Assembly (NCBI GenBank): GCA_030265395.1
Contig: JARFYF010000052.1
Span: 57,416,372 to 57,480,371 of the forward strand
Length of the DNA: 64,000 nt
Reading direction: 5' to 3'
From: Rhina ancylostomus
Taxonomy: Eukaryota
The position numbers and the translations under genes are program-made. Below the pieces are notes generated by a model that saw only the letters and a list, made by a program, of their open reading frames with translations, was not told the DNA's origin and made no database searches. Each line of letters starts with the position of its first letter. Within the stretch, counting starts at the first letter, position 1. This document shows positions 13,023 to 24,659 of the stretch, one piece after another.

Positions 13023-14345
13023 TTGTAAGTCTGTCTGTCTTCTTTATCTCCATTCTTGTATTTCAGTGGCCTCGCTTTACAGTTCAGTAGAACAGTAGAA
13101 ACTTGACGGTTTTCTGCCAAGAAGATAATGATAGCTCAATTTCCTTTGAAGTTCATGAAAAACTAACTGGCATCTTCCACAATTAAATGGTCCCGCTAAT
13201 TATCTGTAGGATTTAAAAGAGACATTGCTTGATGGTCTGGAAATGCATTCCTGGTGTTTCAGTTGAGTCAAAATTAATTAACATATCCCCTTTCCTGCTG
13301 AAGTTTAACTCTTTCCAATATCTGAATAATTCCTTACTTGACCAGTTTCAGAGTAAGGCAAGAAGTTTGTTCCTATTTAAGAGATGTTTCAGAGAATTTG
13401 ATTGGGTTAATCAATGTGCCTAAATCTCAACTCGATAACTTCCATCCAGTAATGAAAATGTACCTTCTGGTCTCAACCTACCCTTTTTAATCAATTAGAT
13501 TTTTGGAACAGTACACTGGTATAACAAAATGCAAAGTGCCTAAATTATTGTTCTTGAGAGGAGAAATTTTGCATTTTTCACATTCCACCTTCTAATTAGA
13601 AATAGGATGGAAATAGGTATGGGGAAAGAATTAGTTACAGCAGCCACTACTGGAGTTTACAATATCCCCGGTGAACAGTTAAGCCCTAATTCTCTTGAGT
13701 ATGTATGGTTATAATTTTAAAATTCCTCAGTTTTGATATACAATGCTCTCCCATTGGATAATTGCCTTCCACATTTTCGGACATGCACTTGGAAGCTGTC
13801 ATTCAAAGTTCCCAATGGACATCCCATCATTAATAATTCATACATTGATCATACTGGAAGAAGCTGAACAAAAGGCAAGCAGAGAAGGTAGGTGAATTAT
13901 GCAACACCAGGTAAAGTAAAGCCCTTTCAGAGAGATATCACAGTTCAAGGTATCCTTTCATTCTTCGTCTGTACAGTTTTACATATGAAGCTTGGTTTTG
14001 CTACAGTAACCTTACTGAATTTCATTCCACACTTCAGTATAACTGTGAATCATACATAAAATATTAAGTTGCTGCTCACTAAACAAGTAGATTCAACATT
14101 GGCCCGTGGAGCAAATGCACATTACACAACTGTGCACAGTTTTGTAGAGAGAGTGCAANNNNNNNNNNNNNNNNNNNNNNNNNNNNNNNNNNNNNNNNNN
14201 NNNNNNNNNNNNNNNNNNNNNNNNNNNNNNNNNNNNNNNNNNNNNNNNNNNNNNNNNNNNNNNNNNNNNNNNNNNNNNNNNNNNNNNNNNNNNNNNNNNN
14301 NNNNNNNNNNNNNNNNNNNNNNNNNNNNNNNNNNNNNNNNNNNNN

Positions 14346-14535
14346 GTGGGTTGCCTCTGGGTGCTCCAGTTTCCTCCCACATTCCAAAGGGTTAGGAAGT
14401 TGTGGGCATGCTATGTTGGCGCCAGAAGCGTGGCATCACTTGTGGGGTGCCCCCAGAACACTCTACACAAAAGATGCATGTCACTGTGTGTTTTAATGTA
14501 CATGTGACTAATAAGGATATCTTATCTTATCTTAG
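14346..14535 (+). mobile_element. Young V-SINE with (TATCT)n tail; 5' part lies in the gap
   Basis: V-core gggtgctccagtttcctcccacattccaaag, and tail catgtgactaataaggatatcttatcttatctta. Confidence 0.8.
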
Positions 14536-14964
14536 AATGATTTGTCTAATTGTCCTCCCACATCTAAGCATTTCTGCTGTCACTGTCCACCCTCAAAAAT
14601 ATATCATCATAACCTTGAATTTACAACAGGTGATTGAATATATCACCCTTCATGTTAATGCTAAACCTGCTGGAAACTCTCTTGACTGTTTTAATCTGTG
14701 ACAGTCTGGTGTCCCCTCTCGCTTTCAAGATTGAGGTCAGAGGCCTCAGATGGTTAACCAATGACAAGCTTTACCCAGCACAACCAAATCAAAATATCAC
14801 CCGAATTCCACTCAACAAGATACCCTCCTTGAGCATGCCCCTCCACCACCCACCCCAAGTGAACTATTCCCAACTATTCTCACTGTAGCCATGAGCTCTT
14901 GCTGCTAAGGTGGAACTGTTCACAAGCAACGACTCATCCTTGGGTAGCTGGTTCTCTTAGGTGG

Positions 14965-15552
14965 CCATGTTCCAGGAGATTTAAGTGACACTGCCTGGAT
15001 TAGAAGGCATGTGCTATAAGGAGCAGTTAGACAAACTAGGGTTGTTTTCTCTAGAGTGGCAGAGGCTGAGGGGGGACCTGATGGAAGTTTATAAAATTAT
15101 GAGAGGCATTGATAGAGTAGACACCTAGTATCTTTTTCCACGGGTTGAAATGTTTAATACTAGAGAGCATGTATTTAAGATAGATAAGATATGTTTATTA
15201 GTTACATGTACATCGAATCACACAGTGAAATGCATCTTTTGCGTAGAATGTCTGGGGGCAGCCCGCAAGTGTCACCATGCTTCTGGCGCCAGCATACCAT
15301 GCCCACAACATCCTAATTTTTAAAAACAGTGGGTCTATGGAATGCGCTGCCAGGAGTGGTGGTTGAGGCAGATATTATGGAGGCATTTAAGAGGCTCTTA
15401 GGTAGATCCATGAATATGCAGAGAACGGAGGGATATGGTTCATAAGCAGGCAGAAGGGATTAGTTTAATTAGGCATTATTAGCTTAATTAGTTCTACACA
15501 ACCTCGTAAGCTGAAGGGCCTGTTCCTGTGCTGTACTGTTCTATATTCTATG
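14965..15552 (+). mobile_element. CR1 3' end interrupted by a truncated antisense SINE (15177-15316)
   Basis: RLRGDLMEVYKIMRGIDRVD motif, followed by the standard tail ending tgtactgttctatattctatg. Confidence 0.85.
15177..15316 (-). mobile_element. 5'-truncated copy of the young V-SINE family
   Basis: Approximately the reverse complement of 14393-14535. Confidence 0.8.
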
Positions 15553-15819
15553 AAGACTATTAGAAAACATTAAAATGTAAAAATAACATTTAAAACACAT
15601 TGAAAAGTGATGCTAATTCATTAAAAATGCAAACTTATTGTGAAATAAAGAAAAATAAGCAAAAACAATGCTAACCTTTTTAAGTTTGATGACTTGTTTA
15701 AATGAAAGATGCCACATTAGACATATCAGCCAGGGCCAGTATAGAGCAGAGAGGCTTCAGTTATGAGACTTATATATGAAGTGTATCTGGCCTTTCAGCT
15801 CATGATGATGGGTATCCAC

Positions 15820-16125
15820 TCCTGGTGGTGCAGCTGGTAGAGCTACTGCCTCACAACTCCAGCGAAGCCAGTTCAATCCTGATCTCCGATGCCATCCATG
15901 TGATGTTTACATATTCTCCCTGTGGCTGTGTAGGTTTCCTTTGGGTCCTCTAGTTTACTTTCATTTCCTGAAGATGTGCAGGTTTGTAGATTAATTGGCC
16001 ATTGTTTCAACCCCGAGTGCAAAATTGTAGAGAGTGTGGAAAGTATAGTTTGCAGGGAAAATTGGTGGGGGAATGGGATTGCTGGCATAGACTCAGCGGA
16101 TCAAATAGCCTCCTTCTATGTTATT
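15820..16125 (+). mobile_element. HE1/V-SINE, near full length
   Basis: Pol III A box tggtgcagctgg, B box gttcaatcc, V-core gtttacatattctccctgtggctgtgtaggtttcc, and a CR1-like tail. Confidence 0.8.
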
Positions 16126-19100
16126 AAGTAAATATAGATGTATGGATTTAGTAATGAGTCCAGGGACAGAATGAGAGGTTAGAGAATGCTCACTTACCAT
16201 GTGTTCTGTACTACGGTGCTGCAAAGCATAGGTGTGAATGTTATGAACACACTGATCCTTGAGAACACCTTGCTGGCAGTTCCCTACCAAACTGTCAATA
16301 ATAGGTAATATGGCTCAGGCCATCAGCAAAACCTTCAGTTATGAGTAATGTACTGTTTCTTATTGTGTCTAATGCAACAGGGCACAGCACTTCCCTGTAG
16401 TGGTCAAGTCTCACAAATACATGGAATTTTCCAATCTTAACCAGCACCTTTCCATTCATATTGTGTATTGTGAAATAAAAGATTTAGTACAGCAGCTTGG
16501 TTCTGAAACTATTTGAAGAAATACAGCTAGGAGTCCTCTTAATTCCAACTCACAACATGATCGTCTAGATTTTGCTCCACATCATTTTCTGGCATCAATA
16601 CAGCACTGGGATCACCATAACACCGGTTGTGAAAGTGTCATGTAGAGCGAGAACTTCATTTGTGAGACTCTACCGAACGACATCCCCTGTGTTATACTGC
16701 ACCAATACTGACACTGTCAGTTTCAGATCAACGTTCACTATTGATATGTTACAGGTATTTTCNNNNNNNNNNNNNNNNNNNNNNNNNNNNNNNNNNNNNN
16801 NNNNNNNNNNNNNNNNNNNNNNNNNNNNNNNNNNNNNNNNNNNNNNNNNNNNNNNNNNNNNNNNNNNNNNNNNNNNNNNNNNNNNNNNNNNNNNNNNNNN
16901 NNNNNNNNNNNNNNNNNNNNNNNNNNNNNNNNNNNNNNNNNNNNNNNNNNNNNNNNNNNNNNNNNNNNNNNNNNNNNNNNNNNNNNNNNNNNNNNNNNNN
17001 NNNNNNNNNNNNNNNNNNNNNNNNNNNNNNNNNNNNNNNNNNNNNNNNNNNNNNNNNNNNNNNNNNNNNNNNNNNNNNNNNNNNNNNNNNNNNNNNNNNN
17101 NNNNNNNNNNNNNNNNNNNNNNNNNNNNNNNNNNNNNNNNNNNNNNNNNNNNNNNNNNNNNNNNNNNNNNNNNNNNNNNNNNNNNNNNNNNNNNNNNNNN
17201 TGATAATCCCTCTACACCGATGACTAGATGAGATCTTGACCATGTCCCCAGACATGGACTGCATAAATTTTGAGATGGATCATTGGAGCCATCATATGTG
17301 CACAATACTTTGCAAAAATCCTTCTGGTCATTGAGTCACAGCGTGGAAACAGGCCCTATGGTCTACCATTTCTGCTGAAACAATAAACAACTAATACCAA
17401 CAACATAAAGGTGACTCAGAATATGAACAAGATGCTTTTAAATTGTAAACATAAAAGCCATAGAATTGCGTGGTTGTTCTTACAGTGGTGAATCCAGTAG
17501 TACTCAAGGGAAATGGAGTATATAGCTAATTAGTGGTCATTTGTCTTACTTCCCCGGACGTTCCATTAGTGTTCCACCGGAATTATGACTGGAGACTTGT
17601 GCAACTAATATGGAGCTCTTAGGACAGATTTCCTTCTAAAAGTAGTTGAATTTTACTGCAGCCAGAATGGAGTTTAAGCTGTGTAAACTACTCTCCCTAC
17701 TTACCAGCATTTGGATTTTACTCACACATATTATTTCAACCATTGTCCCATTGCTCCTTTTGAATTTTCATGTAAGCATCCTTGATCTTGACACTCAGTA
17801 AAAGTCTGTTTGCTTTTGTGCAGACCCACAAGGTTACTCTGTTCAAAACCATTACCTAAAATAGCAGGAGATTCTTTTTAACCTGGTTCCCCACCACATT
17901 GCAACTGAATTGAAAAAGCAAGGCTTAAGCAGCAACTAAATTTTTAATGAACAGAAGTGTTTTTGATAAACATTTAAATTCCCACTTATTTGGAGAAGCA
18001 ATGAAGTGTAACTTTTCCTAACAAAATCTTTTACTCCAGTTATGCCACTGTTATGAGGAAGCACATACTTGAGGGGGTGATCTTGGATACAGTAACCAAA
18101 ATACAAAAACAGATCCTGGCAACCGATTTGTCATGTTGTAGTTCTATATTTTGATTCAAATACTTTTGAAATGTTAGTGGAAAATGCTGTTTAAGCCAAG
18201 AGTGTTTGATGAAGAGCTACTGCTTTTGTTACCGTGCATGTTTAGTGATAATTCAAATTTGCAATAAAACTGGTTGATCTGTTGCATAGCACAGAACGGG
18301 GGAAAAAAGTAATTAATGTAAACAGAATATTTTATGCATGTGAATCCTGCTGAATTTAATGATCAAGCAATGTACAGTCAATACAAATTTTGTCAGACAA
18401 ACGATGGAATGGAGTCACTCTACTTGGTTCAAAAATTCCCTCCAATGAGGTTGACTCGTAACTCTCTCCTCAGTTCAGGGGCAATTCAGGGTGGACTATA
18501 AATGCCACATTGCCGAGACGTCTGCATCTCATGACTGAGAATAAGCAAGAGTTGTGAACAGTATAATATGTGACATAGTAGTCACAAAGACTGTCTGACT
18601 CTATGATTGGCTCCTGACACTGGCAAACATTACTTCCCCCATGTAGTATAGTAGAAGGCCAATTGTTGCTTTAATGTTGTTACCTCTTCATGTGGGTGGT
18701 TGATTGAATCACCTCCAGGGTCAAAATGGAAGAGCCAAAGGAATAAACTGTGATGCTTGTTTGAGCTTCTGAGTCTTGGTGAGCTTGTTCTGTACTTCAC
18801 AGCAGATAAGCACAGAACCCAGATTCTACACTGGTGACCGGAATATGACATTGTGTGGGCTCAGAATGTCAGAAGTGAGCTGAGTGAGGAAAATATCCAA
18901 ACAACTAATCTCTGGGAGTTAAGAGCTTGGGGAAAATAGCCAAATCACTGATGTCGTGTTCAATGAGGTTGTCAAAATATTATAGAGCTCCTTCAACCCA
19001 TCACATTCAAACATTTTCAAGACGTTTTATGGTTCATGGCTGCAGGAAAAGTCACTGGAGTTAAAGAATTTGTTATGGCATTGTAATTTTGCGTTGTTCC

Positions 19101-20587
19101 TAGACTATGCATTGAAGTTTTCATTTATCTGTGGTCTTACAGATGGATGCATGCAGGTGAAGCTTTTTAATATACTGGAGCACACACCCAATAAGCCATG
19201 TAAGGTTAATATTGCTCTAGAAATAATATTGAAGAATGAAAGGGATTCCATTCCGTTCTGTGCAAGATGCAAACATGCATGTGCATGCTGTGTGTATGAC
19301 AACACGTACGGCAATGGTGATATCTTCTTCTTTAGGCCCAAATTGGGTGAATGCAAAAGGTAGGATACCCTGTTGTCATTGTCAGAGCAACCATTTAACT
19401 CTATTGCTTCCATCCAGGACAGTTCAATGTTTTAATTGTAACAAAATGGGACACAAACCACATCTGCAAAGGTAGATAAAATACAATGAGAAGAGATAGG
19501 TAGCAGTCCACTAGTATCCAAGTAGCAAGGAAGTAACTTTTGAAGCAATCACAGAGACGTGATCAGTATAATATCAATCAAGTGAAGTCAATTGGAAATG
19601 GACTTTCCATAGGATTAAATAGTAGCAAAAAAAATTTTCAAGATCACTTTCAGAAAAAAATGGCCAAAATCTAGAAATGTAGATTGTTTGATTATCAAGT
19701 GAGGCACATACAAAGGTTCAGCAGGTTTCCCATTAACCAGCAGCAATGTGGTATTAAGCACAAATTCAAATAAGCTACTAAAGATAATGGAGAGGNNNNN
19801 NNCTTCAGAACGGTTAGGAAGTGCATTGGCTATGGTAATGCAGACTAGACCTAAAGTCTAATGATCCTGGGCAGAGATTTATTATAGATATTCAAGCTTA
19901 ACTTAATATGGTGCATTATTCAGATCTGCTGCAATATACAGATCTATTCAAAAAATCCCTGCAGTAATACTGATGGATATAAGGCCCATATTCATATTTG
20001 GCAAGATGTAAACCCAATACATTGCCGACCTAGATGCCACTTCTCTTTGCCCTAAGTAGAGGAAGAGCTACAGAAACTGGAATATCATGAAGGTAGAGCG
20101 CATTGTTTGGGTGATGTCAATAGTCAATATGACAAGACTGTCCACCTCTGTGGCAGTTGAAAGACTAGTCTCACTAGAGCAGTGGATAATGAATGTCATC
20201 CCCACTTATATCCCAGGTTTCCTATGCAGAGCTGGCAGATGTATTGTTCTTTAAAAAGCTAAACTTGTCTCATCCATGTGCCCAACTTTTTGTGGACTGG
20301 GTGAGCTAAATTTACTGGACAGGTATACCCTAAAAGTTTCTACTTATTCACAAAACTAACCTATAGTATAAAATTGCCCCTAAGCTCTTTCAGGTGATAA
20401 ATTGATTGCCACTACATATTGAAGATCATTTGATAGGACCTGAAAAAGCTTTATAGAGGATCCATGGGCACAATGTCAAATTGAAAGTGTGTATCCAGCC
20501 TAAAGGTCTGTCAGAGAGAAGGTGGTAGTGATACAAGATGTCCACTAACTGGAGATCATCTCAGAGATTACAAAATACAGCTTCAAT

Positions 20588-20685
20588 AGTTCTGATGAAA
20601 AGTTATTAATCTGAAACAGTAACTCCGTTTCTCTCTCCTCTGATGCTACCTGACCTGTTGAGTATTTCCACAATTTTCTATTTTA
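20588..20685 (+). mobile_element. Penelope terminal repeat with hammerhead-like core
   Basis: agttCTGATGAaaagttattaatctGAAACagtaact...gatgctacctgacctgttgagtatttcc. Confidence 0.7.
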
Positions 20686-20732
20686 ATGCAGCTTTCTGTT
20701 GTAATGTATCTCTTGTATAGAAAGCATTTAAG

Positions 20733-21395
20733 TTACAGGTCCTCCTCAGGTCACAGACGCTCAACTTATGGACATCCCGTAACAGATGAATGAGAGTTTA
20801 GGAGACAGGTGGGATGGATTTACTGGCTGCTGCAAGGCTACAGGCATCTTCAACTGCTGGGAAATGGGACACTTCTTCTCCTCAGTGCAAGTCTTCTCTC
20901 CTCACCCACCCACCCCCACGCTGCAACATCAGTGGCTGGGTCAAGCCGAACNNNNNNNNNNNNNNNNNNNNNNNNNNNNNNNNNNNNNNNNNNNNNNNNN
21001 NNNNNNNNNNNNNNNNNNNNNNNNNNNNNNNNNNNNNNNNNNNNNNNNNNNNNNNNNNNNNNNNNNNNNNNNNNNNNNNNNNNNNNNNNNNNNNNNNNNN
21101 NNNNNNNNNNNNNNNNNNNNNNNNNNNNNNNNNNNNNNNNNNNNNNNNNNNNNNNNNNNNNNNNNNNNNNNNNNNNNNNNNNNNNNNNNNNNNNNNNNNN
21201 NNNNNNNNNNNNNNNNNNNNNNNNNNNNNNNNNNNNNNNNNNNNNNNNNNNNNNNNNNNNNNNNNNNNNNNNNNNNNNNNNNNNNNNNNCTGTTTCAGTG
21301 ATCCTCTCACACAGAGAGTTTACAGCTTAGCAGAAGTTTGGGTTACAAGCAGCTCTCAGGAACAGAACCCTGTCGTGATATGGGAACTGCCCAGA
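20733..21395. mobile_element. Tc1/mariner Tigger-like non-autonomous DNA transposon (gapped)
   Basis: Starts TA-caggtcctcctcaggtcac and ends ...caggaacagaaccctgtcgtgatatgggaactgccc, resembling degenerate Tigger TIRs. Confidence 0.5.
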
Positions 21396-21672
21396 CATTT
21401 GGACCAGGCTCCCTGATTGCCATATGATTTATTAATTAGATTTAATAGCACAGATCTCCTCATCAGAATATGAGTGCATAAATCTTCATGGTTGTGTTTA
21501 TTCCCTGCAGAATATTTTTGTTGTGTGGTTTTACATTTTGTTTAATAGCACAAAGCTCCCCTAATTAGACAAAAAACTGATGATCTCATTAAGGGAGACA
21601 GAATGTCTAAGGGAAATGTCAGACTATTGTAAGAAGGTGTCATTTCTGATGTATGTGGGGCAGACTAATCAC

Positions 21673-22062
21673 GTCAAGTTGAGTTTAATTGTCATGTGCA
21701 CAACTACGGTGAGATACGTGTAAAATGAAAAACTTGCTTGCAGCAGTATCACAGACACATAGGTACAGACAACACGCAGAATATAACTTATTACAAGAGA
21801 TGGTCCGTAGTGTTCCATTGCTGAGGTAGTATTAGGGTTGTGCAGGTCAGTTCAAGAACCTGATGGTTGTAGGAAAATAGCTATTCCTGAACCTTGTGGT
21901 GTGGGATATCAGGCTTCTGTACCTCCTTCCTTATGGTAGCAGTGAGAAAGGGTGTGACCCAGACAATGAGGATCCTTGATGATAGGTGAACTTTCTCGAG
22001 GCAGCACCTCCTGTCGATGCTGTCAGCAGTAAGGACAGTTATGCCGATGATGGACTGGGTTG
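21673..22062 (-). mobile_element. Rex1/Babar-type LINE 3' end
   Basis: Same family as 6279-6680 (tcaagttgagtttaattgtcatgtgcac...ttcaagaacctgatggttg...ggcttctgtacctcc). Confidence 0.75.
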
Positions 22063-22703
22063 TCAAACTATTGCATTATGTATTCTGGATGTGGTGAAAT
22101 GGGCTCACTAACGTTTCTCTGCACAAATATTCCTGACCTTGATAAGCATAAAGTTTACCAAAGAAAGCATAATTCAAACAATTCATGTGGCCCATGCGTT
22201 TTTGACACACTGTTATCTCAACTCTGATACAAACATTTGGTTAGCCTTCTACTGCTGTGACAAAATAGGATGCTTAAATCTGATGCATCCTCATTCCTAT
22301 TTTGTTGTAACAATATCCTGAAATTCCAGAAGTTTCATGGCAGAATGTGATGCAGCAGAACTTGTAGCAGTTCATTATTGTGGATGAAGGTTCCCATTCC
22401 AGAATACATGGATGAGGGTCGTAATGCAATTGGAATGGGCAGTCTAAATGCATTTCAGAGAGGCATATATCAGACTGTAAAACTGGAGGAACAACTTGTT
22501 CCTGGCAGAACAGGGAAAGCACATTTGGTAAAGTTCTCAATGTGCAGAAGTGCTCCAAAGGGAGCAATGGCTTTGCTTCATACTCTTCCCTGAAGATACT
22601 CTTAGGCCCTCAGCTGGACTCAGTTGTACCATTATCATTACAAATAGAAGAAGAATCAAACAAGTTGCACCATCTAGAATCAACCCAAGAATTTCCACCC
22701 AAC

Positions 22704-22831
22704 TGTCACAATGTTGAGCAAACTCAGAGAACCCAAATGCAGCACACCAATGCAAGACTGGAGTCAGGATACTTCCTCAGGACAAACACAGGCAGCAACT
22801 GGAAGGAATCTTGCCAAGTTTAAACGTGACA
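22704..22831 (-). mobile_element. Short solo-LTR-like element (TGTCA...TGACA)
   Basis: Shares about 85 bp with 24823-24921 and has 5-bp inverted termini. No TSD is visible. Confidence 0.6.
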
Positions 22832-23644
22832 TAGTTTGAGAAAACCATTGAAAGGTAGTAGGGGATATTGGATCCTTCCATTTAAGCAAAATAGATCGCT
22901 TAGCCTATTTATTTTATTTCATTTCCTCTCTTTATAACGGGATCATGGGGGAAACTAAATATTGTTGCTGGGAGGGGAATTGCAATTCAGAACACTTACA
23001 TTTGATTTACCACCTTTATTGCAAGGACTACTATCCAGAGTAACATGGGTACTAATAGTATGGAAATGAAGGAACATCTCCCTGACCTCTTGAATGATGA
23101 TAGAGTCAGTCACTGAGATCCAGCATACTTAACCCAAGATGTAGCATTCAATGATTTATGATGTGAGTCCAAAACATATTGGAATAAATTATTTGTTGTA
23201 TAATGGTCACCATTTCAGTGCATTGGTGTTAAAAACTGGCTAAGTTTCATTTATTGCTTTAAAGTTACAATCTTGAAGAAGGTGGATTCTTCAGCAAAGA
23301 CTAGGTAAAAATGCTAATGTGAAGGTATAGACAAAACATTCAATGCTATGTCCAATACGGAAATGAATAATACATCAATAGTAATACTATACAGCTATAA
23401 CCAAACCATATTTACATGGTCATCCTTTCCCAAAGCCAATGGTTTTCTGTTAAGGTGTGTGATATAAAATGAATCATTATGTTATTGAAATGGAATATGG
23501 ACAACTGGGACTGTTGATTGAAGTCTATCATGTTCCATGTTTTGGACCACAGGTTAAAATCTACTATGGAAGATTCATTGACACTCTCCTTTTAGACTAT
23601 AAATCTTTTCTGAAATGAAATGATCATCTTCTTCATATGGAGCT

Positions 23645-24035
23645 TACAATCATGTAATGACTTTCATAACCTCAAGTCATCCAAAGTGCTCCAAAGCCAA
23701 TTCAGTGTTTTCCTGAAGCACGGTCACTGTAGTAGGGAAGTGAGACAATAATTTATACACAATTGAGGCCACATCAGGAAACGAGATAAATAACCATATC
23801 ATCTTATTTTAAATATGATGTTAAAGGAATAAACATTAACCAGGATATCAATGTTGTGGGGTCTTTTTCATCCATCTGACAGAGCAAATAGAGCTATATC
23901 CAAAGGATAGCACTACCAGCTGTGCGGTACTCCCTCAGTACCACATCAAAGAGCCTGGACTTTGTGCCCCTATCTTAGAATTGAATTTAAACACATGAGA
24001 TCTAATTCAGAAGTCAGATTGCTATTGTTGGAGGT
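23645..24035 (-). mobile_element. DeuSINE (SacSINE1/AmnSINE1-like) ancient SINE
   Basis: ccaaaggatagcactaccagctgtgcggtactccctcagtacc and ccaaagtgctccaaagccaat resemble the reverse complement of the DeuSINE body and tail. Confidence 0.65.
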
Positions 24036-24659
24036 AACGGTGATACTTTTTGATATTAGTACACATTGGAAATTTGCATTAACTCATTGGATGAAACCTA
24101 GTTAATATCACTGAGATGAATTTGATTTTCAGTTTTATTTCTGAGGTTACATGCATGCAATTTTATTGGAATATTTAGGGTCATTCTGTGTTCCTGCACT
24201 TCTACCAAATGAGGCCTATGTTTTCTGGGAGTCCAGAGTAGTGGAATGATCATAACCATTGCCCTAATCCACTTCTTTTATTCCCTGGAACAGAAATGCA
24301 ATGAGTATTATATGTCAGCTTCATCTTTTTATTCTTCTTTTGTGTGACTCGTGCAAGCAACAGCAGAAAGGGAGTTTATTGAAGTTATATGTTGAGGGTT
24401 GGTTGCCAGTTGATAATGCCTACAGCCAGGTAAATGATTGCTTCTGTCCTTCCATGATATGCAAGTTCAGGGCAGGACCATGTTCTGTGCTTCATTGACT
24501 ACATCTCATCACATGTGTAGTTTAGTAATAAATAGTCATACAGTTCTCATTTCAAATGAACATGTTTCACCAAGGTCCAATACATATGTTCCAGGCAGAA
24601 ATCTAGAAGCTAAATGACTGTATCTTCAACTAATAAAATGACAGACTCTGATAGAGCAC

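Larger units (their letters stand above)
18642..22650 (+). mobile_element. Fossil Ty3/Gypsy LTR retrotransposon (candidate 5' LTR, gag, zinc knuckle, RT, integrase), disrupted by younger insertions
   Basis: gag: HCNFALFLDYALKFSFICGLTDGCMQVKL resembles HCEFG.FL.DALRDRFVCGL....QKKL. Zinc knuckle: CFNCNKMGH. RT at 19980-20430: VEEELQKLE, VHLCGS, KLNLSH, YIEDHLI (YLDDILI-like). Integrase at about 22070-22650: ESIIQTIHVAH, FIIVD, IYQTVK. Confidence 0.7.

Noticed and set aside
14690-14800. WLTNDKLYP, similar to the Harbinger transposase motif WLLGDKGYP
   Set aside because: A single short motif with no supporting neighbours; too weak to call.
15820-15885. tRNA-like A and B boxes (also at 27779 and 31270-31336)
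   Set aside because: These are SINE heads followed by the V-core, with no complete cloverleaf.
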